64,000 nt of DNA from positions 105,363 through 169,362 of the forward strand of contig CANIKO010000002.1 of NCBI GenBank assembly GCA_947468275.1, given 5' to 3'. The stretch comes from Bacteroidota bacterium (lineage in GTDB: Bacteria > Bacteroidota > Bacteroidia > NS11-12g > UBA9320). Of the stretch, positions 56,960 to 64,000 are shown one piece after another. The translations under genes and the position numbers were made by a program. Position 1 is the first letter of the stretch. Every line of letters starts with the position of its first letter. A model generated the notes under the pieces. It did not search any database, had not been told where the DNA came from, and saw only the letters and a program-made list of their open reading frames with translations.

Positions 56960-58675
56960 ATGAAACAAACGATCATATTTGTCATATTTCTTTTTATCCT
57001 GATGAATGCATCCAATGCCCAAACCCTGAGGCACAAAGAGATTTTAGGAAGACCCACGGATAATAGCATCACAATTCAGGCATTTTTTGATAATCCGGCA
57101 GAAGTATGTGTCCAATATGGCACAACATCCGGAAACTATCCCAATCAAACAGCCTGGCAAACCTTTGCAGCAGGAGAACCTTCTGAAATTTTAATAAGCG
57201 GCCTGCAGCAGGATATGAAATATTATTACAGAATGTGTTACCGTCAGCCGGGAACCATCCCATTTGCCTCAAGACCTGAATACACGTTTCATACGGCCCG
57301 TCCTCAAGGTAAGAGTTTTTCATTTGTGGTGCAGGCTGATCCTCATTTGGATGAGCAAAGTGATACGGCTGTTTATCGCCGTTGCCTGAGAAATCAATTA
57401 GAAGATGCTCCCGATTTTATGATAGATCTGGGTGATTTTTTAATGACTGATAAACTGAGAACCCCTGCCAAAGTAGTTCCCAGAGATACCGTGACTTACC
57501 GCTGTCACTTGTTGCGTTCCTATTACGAAACATCCTGTCATTCGGTGCCTTTGTTCATCGCCTTGGGAAATCACGAGGGAGAATCGGGTTGGAATCTGAA
57601 CGGAACACCCAACAATATTGCAGTTTGGGGCACCAATGATCGCAAAAAATATTTTACCAATCCCATTACCAACAAATTTTATTCAGGGGATACCACCAAT
57701 TATGCTTTTGTCGGTCAACGTGAAGCCTATTATTCCTGGCAATGGGGTGATGCTTTGTTTATCGTTATTGACCCATATTGGTACACCAAACCCAAACCTG
57801 ATTCTTTAAACGGATGGCGATGGACCTTAGGTAAAACACAATACGATTGGTTAAGAAAGACCCTTGAGGGAAGCAACGCGAAGTTCAAATTTGTATTCTC
57901 TCATCAAATTGTTGGAGGTGATCCTGACGGACGCGGTGGGGTGGAATATGCCAACCGCTATGAGTGGGGAGGTGATAACCTGGATGGAACCAAAGGATTT
58001 TCAAGCAATCGCCCGGGTTGGTACAAACCCATCAAAGATTTATTGGAAGAAAACCGGGTGACCATATTCTTTCACGGGCATGATCATTTTTTTGGCAAAC
58101 AGGAAAAAAACTGCCTCGTTTATCAGGAAACCCCTCAACCCAGTCATCCTAATTTTACCAGTGTGACCTATGCAAAAGATTATGGATATTTTGAGGGGCA
58201 AATACTGCCAAATTCGGGTTATATAAGAGTTACCGTCGGTCCTGATGGCGTAAAAACAGAATATGTCAGGGTTTATTTACCTGCCAATGAGACGGCCAAC
58301 CGACACAACAAGGATGTTTCAGCGACTTATTTTATAGGGGCTAAAAATTGTTATGATTCTATAACAGGCGGTATTCCCATGATCTGGAATAGCAGTTATG
58401 CCGATGAGCTCATTTACCCAAATCCATTCAATCAGGAAACAAAAATTGAATTTTCGCTCAACAATCCGGAACGCATTAACCTTTATGTAATGGATAATCA
58501 GGGCAGGAAAGTGAAACAACTTATTGCCGGCAACGAAGTTCAAAATGGGAAATTTCAAATCATTTGGGACGGAAAAGATTCATCCGGAAATTTATTGCCC
58601 AACGGCACTTATTATTATGCCTTAAAAGGCCAGAACAGTGAAGAAAAAACCGGGAAAATTATTCTGCAGCGCTAA
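56960..58675 (+). CDS. Calcineurin-like metallophosphoesterase paralog with T9SS CTD
   Basis: LGDFLMTD, ALGNHEG, HGHDH; CTD LIYPNPFNQETKIEF...GTYYYALKG. Confidence 0.7.
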   Translation: MKQTIIFVIFLFILMNASNAQTLRHKEILGRPTDNSITIQAFFDNPAEVCVQYGTTSGNYPNQTAWQTFAAGEPSEILISGLQQDMKYYYRMCYRQPGTIPFASRPEYTFHTARPQGKSFSFVVQADPHLDEQSDTAVYRRCLRNQLEDAPDFMIDLGDFLMTDKLRTPAKVVPRDTVTYRCHLLRSYYETSCHSVPLFIALGNHEGESGWNLNGTPNNIAVWGTNDRKKYFTNPITNKFYSGDTTNYAFVGQREAYYSWQWGDALFIVIDPYWYTKPKPDSLNGWRWTLGKTQYDWLRKTLEGSNAKFKFVFSHQIVGGDPDGRGGVEYANRYEWGGDNLDGTKGFSSNRPGWYKPIKDLLEENRVTIFFHGHDHFFGKQEKNCLVYQETPQPSHPNFTSVTYAKDYGYFEGQILPNSGYIRVTVGPDGVKTEYVRVYLPANETANRHNKDVSATYFIGAKNCYDSITGGIPMIWNSSYADELIYPNPFNQETKIEFSLNNPERINLYVMDNQGRKVKQLIAGNEVQNGKFQIIWDGKDSSGNLLPNGTYYYALKGQNSEEKTGKIILQR

Positions 58676-58703
58676 ATAATTATTGATAAAATTTGAAATG
58701 CCC

Positions 58704-60326
58704 ATGAAAAAAATAAATAGATACAGTTACCTACTCATGATTTGCCTGATGGGCAATTTATTGTTTGCCCATGACAGCCATTATGACCATTCCAGTCAAA
58801 AACACTGGACGCTTGCGAGGGAGTCAAAGACTTTCGAAGGTTCTTTTTTTATGTATAAAAATGGGAATGTTTACATTGAAACCGATCATGACAAAATCAT
58901 TAACTATCCTTTAACAGCTTTCACAAAAGAAGATCAGGCGTTTGTTTTGGCTAAATATGCCCGGATTGAAAAATTAAACCATCAAATAGCAGAACGGGCA
59001 AAACCAAAGGTTTCTGTTCTAAGCATATTTGATATTAAGTTCTTCGTATTTTTAGCTCTCCTGATATTATCCGGATTTTATATTTTTAAGATTGCACAGA
59101 AACAAAAGATTCAATATTTAGCTCCGGTTTTTTTGATTGCGATTGTACTGTCACTTTACAGTTTCACCACCAAAGTTATTGGTGTTTTAGGAACAACCAC
59201 TGACCCTGCATTTGTTAATTCAGCATTTGCACCCTTCAAACCCAATGTCAATACCCGTTGGGACAATACCTATTTTTATGTTGAGTCCCTTGGCATTCCC
59301 GAACATTTAATGATGTCAGGAATAACAGGATGGCAGCAACAGTTCCCCATTCCTCAGTGTTATATTGGTTCCAATGCCTGGAGTATTCCCTTAAATCCCG
59401 TGAAAGCCGCCACGCCGGTCCCCGTAAATGCCCAGCATTTTTTGCGCGGTGCGGTTGCAATTGCTGCCAATGGGGTAGCCATCTTCAATCCTTACACCAA
59501 TACCGGTGTAGATGCTCTGTTGGATGGTCAGCTTGATAATTACGGAGGCCACTGTGGCCGTGCAGATGATTACCATTATCACATTGCGCCTTTATTTTTA
59601 GATGATAAAACTGCTGATATTTTGCCCATTGCCTTTGCTCTGGATGGATACGCCATTTACGGCAGTCTTGAGCCGGATGGTTCAGCCATGAAAACACTCG
59701 ACGCCAATCACGGGCACGATGGCAGTAACGGGGTTTACCATTATCACGGAACTCCGACTGCCCCTTATATGATTGGTAACATGGTGGGTCAGGTTACCGA
59801 AGATGCTACCCTTCAAATAATTCCGCAGGCTGCAGCCAAAGGGGTTCGCCCTGCCGGAACACCCTTGAAAGGTGCCGTAATTACAAGTTGTATCCCAAAC
59901 AAAGCCGGAAATGGCTACAAACTGACCTACACGCTTTCAGGTGTAACAGATTCAGTGGTTTACAGCTGGACACCTGCCGGATTGTTTACCTTTAATTATT
60001 ATGTTTCAGGGGTAAAAACAACGACCAATTATACGGGTACTGCCATTTGTAAGGTTCCGACGGCGTCAATCAATTCGATATTTCAGGAAAATGAAATTTC
60101 AGTATATCCGAATCCGGTTAAGGAAGTTTTAAATTTAAAGTTGTCCAAACAGATTAAGGAAAATGATGTACAGGAAATTTCTGTATATAACCTAAATGGC
60201 GAATTGGTTTATCATGCCGATAAATATATCTCTGGCATTGATGTCAGGAATTTTTCGAGGGGCATTTATCTGGTTAAAATTCAGGTATCTAACCGGCAGT
60301 TTATTAAAAAAATAAGCATTCAATAA
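58704..60326 (+). CDS. YHYH-family secreted protein with T9SS CTD
   Basis: Start at MKKINRYSYLLMICLMG...; DYHYHIAPLFL and VYHYHGTPTAPY; CTD ISVYPNPVKEVLNLKL...GIYLVKIQV. Confidence 0.5.
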   Translation: MKKINRYSYLLMICLMGNLLFAHDSHYDHSSQKHWTLARESKTFEGSFFMYKNGNVYIETDHDKIINYPLTAFTKEDQAFVLAKYARIEKLNHQIAERAKPKVSVLSIFDIKFFVFLALLILSGFYIFKIAQKQKIQYLAPVFLIAIVLSLYSFTTKVIGVLGTTTDPAFVNSAFAPFKPNVNTRWDNTYFYVESLGIPEHLMMSGITGWQQQFPIPQCYIGSNAWSIPLNPVKAATPVPVNAQHFLRGAVAIAANGVAIFNPYTNTGVDALLDGQLDNYGGHCGRADDYHYHIAPLFLDDKTADILPIAFALDGYAIYGSLEPDGSAMKTLDANHGHDGSNGVYHYHGTPTAPYMIGNMVGQVTEDATLQIIPQAAAKGVRPAGTPLKGAVITSCIPNKAGNGYKLTYTLSGVTDSVVYSWTPAGLFTFNYYVSGVKTTTNYTGTAICKVPTASINSIFQENEISVYPNPVKEVLNLKLSKQIKENDVQEISVYNLNGELVYHADKYISGIDVRNFSRGIYLVKIQVSNRQFIKKISIQ

Positions 60327-60335
60327 TCAAACAAA

Positions 60336-61568
60336 ATGCAAAAAATCGTTTACCTGATAGCGCTGTTTATTTCAATGAATTCTTTTGCTCAGTACAAAGG
60401 AACATGCTCGGTTACCCAGGGACCTGCAAGTACAACAGTTACAAATCTGTATTCATGCAGCGGAGGCCGGGTTTCAGGTGTTGGGACCATAAAAGCAACA
60501 GACAATTTAAACTGGACTGTTCCGGCACTTGTTAATTTTACAAACACTGCTTTCCCGTTTTCATCCGACCTGAACAACGCGTGTAATGGAAACAATTATG
60601 CCAATGTTGCAGCCGCTCTGGCAGCCTTAAACGGGACCGATATTGTTACAGTTGACGCCGACGGAGAACTGATAACAGCTTATATTTTCGCCGATAATTA
60701 TTTTGAAATGTACATCAACGGGACCGCAGTTGGAAAAGACAAGGTTCCTTTCACCCAGTTCAACTCGAGTATTATTCGTTTTAAAGTAAAAAGACCATTT
60801 ACCATCGCCATGCTTCTGGTGGATTGGGAAGAAAATCTGGGACTCGGTTCGGAATTAAACGGCGGTTTTGCTTACCATCCAGGCGACGGGGGTATGGTAG
60901 CTGTTTTTAAAGATGCCTCCAATAAAATAATTGCAACCACTGGCAATGAATGGAAAGCCCAGACTTTTTACACGTCGCCCATAACCGATTTGACCTGTCC
61001 ATCCGAATCCGGTACTTTGCGATTGTCTACCAATTGCAGCACCCAAAATTCGAACGATGGCAGCAAATATTACGGACTTCACTGGAGTCGGCCTGCAAAC
61101 TGGATGAATGCCGCTTTTGACGATTCATCCTGGCCATCGGCTTCCACCTTTACCAATGCTACCATCGGGGTTGACAACAAACCGGCTTATACCAATTTCA
61201 CAGCCATCTTTGATGAAGCTTCTGATGATGCCGAATTTATATGGAGCTCCAATGTCATTTTAGATAATGAGGTGATTGTGAGGCACACAGTGGCAGGTAT
61301 CGCTTCTATTTTTAACAATAACTTACCGGATTTGAAAATTCGGATTTATCCTAACCCGGCAAAAAATAGTTTCCAAATTCAAGGAATAGAAGGTTTGTTA
61401 AAGGATAACAACTTCAAAATCAGAATTTTTAATGCATTAGGTGAAAGAGTTTATGAAGCGGATGATTATAATGAAAAAATAGAACTTCCTTTGATACCCT
61501 CCGGAGTTTACTTTATTAAAATCATGAGCGGCAGTGATCAGGTAATACAGAAATTAATTATCGAATAA
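60336..61568 (+). CDS. Secreted hypothetical protein with T9SS CTD
   Basis: Signal peptide ...SFAQ; CTD IRIYPNPAKNSFQIQG...GVYFIKIMSG. Confidence 0.45.
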   Translation: MQKIVYLIALFISMNSFAQYKGTCSVTQGPASTTVTNLYSCSGGRVSGVGTIKATDNLNWTVPALVNFTNTAFPFSSDLNNACNGNNYANVAAALAALNGTDIVTVDADGELITAYIFADNYFEMYINGTAVGKDKVPFTQFNSSIIRFKVKRPFTIAMLLVDWEENLGLGSELNGGFAYHPGDGGMVAVFKDASNKIIATTGNEWKAQTFYTSPITDLTCPSESGTLRLSTNCSTQNSNDGSKYYGLHWSRPANWMNAAFDDSSWPSASTFTNATIGVDNKPAYTNFTAIFDEASDDAEFIWSSNVILDNEVIVRHTVAGIASIFNNNLPDLKIRIYPNPAKNSFQIQGIEGLLKDNNFKIRIFNALGERVYEADDYNEKIELPLIPSGVYFIKIMSGSDQVIQKLIIE

Positions 61569-61581
61569 TCGGAATGAAATC

Positions 61582-62802
61582 ATGAAGAACACAATTTTAA
61601 CGCTTATTTTCTTAATTTCGGTTTATCTATCACATAGTCAAAGTGCTACCAAAACCATGAAGCGTCTTCCCGATACCGGTCAAAACATAAGTTATACAAC
61701 AACTTTTGGCGAAGACAATGACTACACCATCAATGCACCTTTTTTTAAAAACAATGGCAACGGAACCGTAACGGACACCATAACAGGATTGATGTGGCAA
61801 AAGACCGACGGTGGGGAAATGACAATTGAAAACGCTGTTATTTATTGCGATTCACTCACTTTGGGTGGTTATACAAACTGGCGATTGCCCGATGCACATG
61901 AGTCATTCAGTATATTAAATCACCAAAATAATGGCCCGGCCCTCAATACAACAGTTTTTACCAAAACCCTGGCTGAATACTGGTGGACGGGTGATAAGCA
62001 ATACAATGATGCCACCAGAATTTGGGTAACCAATGCTGGTGGTGGTATAGGAAATCATCCCAAATCTGAAACGGTGAGTGCAGGCGGAACAAAAAAAATC
62101 CATGTCAGGGCGGTGAGGGATATTACCACTCCGACTGTCATTCAAAACAGATTAACCAAAAATGGCGATGGCACTGTTACCGATAATCTTACAGGATTAA
62201 TTTGGGAGCAGATACCCAATCCAAATTCAAATACCTGGGAACAGGCATTAATTTATGCTGAGAATCTTTCACTTGCCGGAAAAACCGACTGGCGATTGCC
62301 TAACATCAAAGAATTACAATCTCTGAGTGATTACAAATTAGGCAGTCCTTCTATTGATCAATTGATTTTTACCGGCATTCTAACAAATAAGTACTGGTCA
62401 TCTACTTCCTTGCCTAATCTAACATCAAAGGCTTGGTATTTATCAACCCAATTTGGAATCACCACCTATGATGATAAAACAAACACCAACTATTTTATAT
62501 GTGTAAGAGGGGGCAATCAGGTAAGCAGCGGTATTGGTAGAACTCCTGATAAAGTTAAATCTGCATATATTTTTCCGAATCCTGCAACTACGGACTTTTA
62601 CCTTACATCAGAGGTTGTTAATGTTTGTCGGTTGCAGTTTAGACTATTTAATAATTTAGGACAAACAGTTTGTATTCAGGAACCTGAATTAACCGATAAT
62701 TATTTTCATTTTAATACAGAAACGCTTACCAATGGATTGTATTTTTTGACGGTAAAAGATAACAAAGCATCATTCACCTATAAATTATCAATTCAAAAAT
62801 GA
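61582..62802 (+). CDS. DUF1566 (Lcl C-terminal-like) repeat protein with T9SS CTD
   Basis: Two YTNWRLP / TDWRLPNIKELQSL repeats typical of DUF1566; CTD YIFPNPATTDFYLTS...GLYFLTVKD. Confidence 0.5.
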   Translation: MKNTILTLIFLISVYLSHSQSATKTMKRLPDTGQNISYTTTFGEDNDYTINAPFFKNNGNGTVTDTITGLMWQKTDGGEMTIENAVIYCDSLTLGGYTNWRLPDAHESFSILNHQNNGPALNTTVFTKTLAEYWWTGDKQYNDATRIWVTNAGGGIGNHPKSETVSAGGTKKIHVRAVRDITTPTVIQNRLTKNGDGTVTDNLTGLIWEQIPNPNSNTWEQALIYAENLSLAGKTDWRLPNIKELQSLSDYKLGSPSIDQLIFTGILTNKYWSSTSLPNLTSKAWYLSTQFGITTYDDKTNTNYFICVRGGNQVSSGIGRTPDKVKSAYIFPNPATTDFYLTSEVVNVCRLQFRLFNNLGQTVCIQEPELTDNYFHFNTETLTNGLYFLTVKDNKASFTYKLSIQK

Positions 62803-64000
62803 TTTTTAAAAAAATCCTGATTTTAGTTCTTTTTTCTGCCACTTCCTATTTGACCCTGGCTCAAAGAAATGTCATTCTGATCATAGCCGATGATTTAGGC
62901 ACTGATTATTGCGGATTTTATGAGAACCATCTAGATACTATAGCCATGCCGAATATCAGAAGGTTATTAAACCGTGGCGTTAGGTTTAATAAAGCCTGGT
63001 CTAATCCGCTGTGCTCCCCAACCCGTGCAGGAATACTCACAGGGCGTTACAGCTTTAGAACAGGTGTGGGAAATGCTGTAGGAGGTGCAACATCGGCCGT
63101 TTTGGATACTGCTGAAATAACCATTCCCAGGATGTTGAATAAGTTTAAACCCGGAGGCTACGACAAAGCCAATATCGGTAAATGGCACCTTCAATTGCCG
63201 ACGCCTATATCCAATTACATTTTTCCAAACAAAATGGGTTATGACCATTATGAAGGAAACTTTACCGGTGTTGTCAGCAGTTATTATAATTGGACAAAAG
63301 TCACAAACGGAGTGGCATCCACCAATACCAACTATGCTACCACCGAAACAGCAGACAATGCAGTTAGCTGGATAAAAAAACAAAACAAACCTTTCTTTTT
63401 GTGGCTTGCCTTTAATGCCCCTCATGTCCCTTTTCATTTGCCACCTAAATGGCTACATTCGGATACAACACTGAGCGGACTGGATGCCGATATAGCCGCA
63501 AATCCAAAACCTTATTTCAAAGCTGCTCTTGAAGCCTTGGACCACGAAATTGGAAGAGTGTTTGATTCATTGAAACGATTTAACAAATGGGATAGTACGG
63601 ATATTATCTTTATCGGTGATAATGGAGATGATGCACAAGTTGCCCAAAATACCGGAGGTGCTAAAGGAAGTGTTTATCAGGAAGGGGTAAGTGTGCCCTT
63701 TATTATTTCAGGACCTTCGGTGTCTGCGCCGGGAAGAACCAGCGATGCCCTTGTCAATACCCATGATTTATTTGCAACCATTTTGGATTTGTTTGGATAC
63801 ACAAATTGGCAAACCCAAATACCGGGCAATAAACCAGTAGACAGTAAAAGCATTTTACCCATACTAAAAAATAAGGCATCTGAAATAAGACCCTGGGTTT
63901 TTACAGAAGTTTTTAAAATTCCTACCGTAGCCGGTGATGGTAAGGCCATGCGAAACAAAGATTACAAATTAATCGACTTTGATAACGGAACTCAAAAGTT
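62799..64000 (+). CDS. Sulfatase-family enzyme, paralog of 49616..51199, canonical CSPTR motif (3' end runs off the window)
   Basis: VILIIADDLGTDYCGF...SNPLCSPTRAGILTGRY...GKWHL...; ATG overlaps the previous stop. Confidence 0.8.
   Translation, partial: MIFKKILILVLFSATSYLTLAQRNVILIIADDLGTDYCGFYENHLDTIAMPNIRRLLNRGVRFNKAWSNPLCSPTRAGILTGRYSFRTGVGNAVGGATSAVLDTAEITIPRMLNKFKPGGYDKANIGKWHLQLPTPISNYIFPNKMGYDHYEGNFTGVVSSYYNWTKVTNGVASTNTNYATTETADNAVSWIKKQNKPFFLWLAFNAPHVPFHLPPKWLHSDTTLSGLDADIAANPKPYFKAALEALDHEIGRVFDSLKRFNKWDSTDIIFIGDNGDDAQVAQNTGGAKGSVYQEGVSVPFIISGPSVSAPGRTSDALVNTHDLFATILDLFGYTNWQTQIPGNKPVDSKSILPILKNKASEIRPWVFTEVFKIPTVAGDGKAMRNKDYKLIDFDNGTQK

Noticed and set aside
59248-59697. Cluster of four overlapping 60-70-aa ORFs on both strands
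   Set aside because: All lie inside the YHYH protein gene 58704..60326 in a locally GC-richer region, which generates spurious open frames. None has start or stop context or motifs.

Overview
This looks like a low-GC Bacteroidota chromosomal segment. Signal peptides ending in AQ/SQ, about ten proteins with type IX secretion (T9SS) C-terminal sorting domains, Bacteroidetes-style operon packing and frequent TTG/GTG starts all point that way. Left to right the window holds a molybdenum-cofactor operon on the minus strand, a TonB-dependent receptor, truB, ribF, an M23/LysM peptidase and tRNA-Ala(GGC) with an adjacent HigB/HigA-like toxin-antitoxin pair. It then holds a five-gene minus-strand sensory operon headed by an unusual E1-like(ThiF)/tandem-nitroreductase fusion enzyme and a GNAT-like protein, feeding into a 7TMR-DISM histidine kinase, a REC-HK hybrid and a REC protein, with a divergent paralogous REC. 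A leftward array of membrane and envelope proteins follows. frr and uvrC are separated by a perfect 25-bp hairpin. The last 20 kb on the plus strand carry two paralogous envelope-stress-like modules (ECF sigma factor, small membrane protein, periplasmic helical protein). The first drives an MbnP/MbnH-like pair plus a multicopper oxidase. Interleaved with them are duplicated T9SS-secreted sulfatases, metallophosphoesterases and YHYH proteins. I found no CRISPR array, rRNA or obvious transposase. The most novel-looking element is the E1-nitroreductase/GNAT/sensor-kinase operon. All calls are from reading the sequence; no searches were run.
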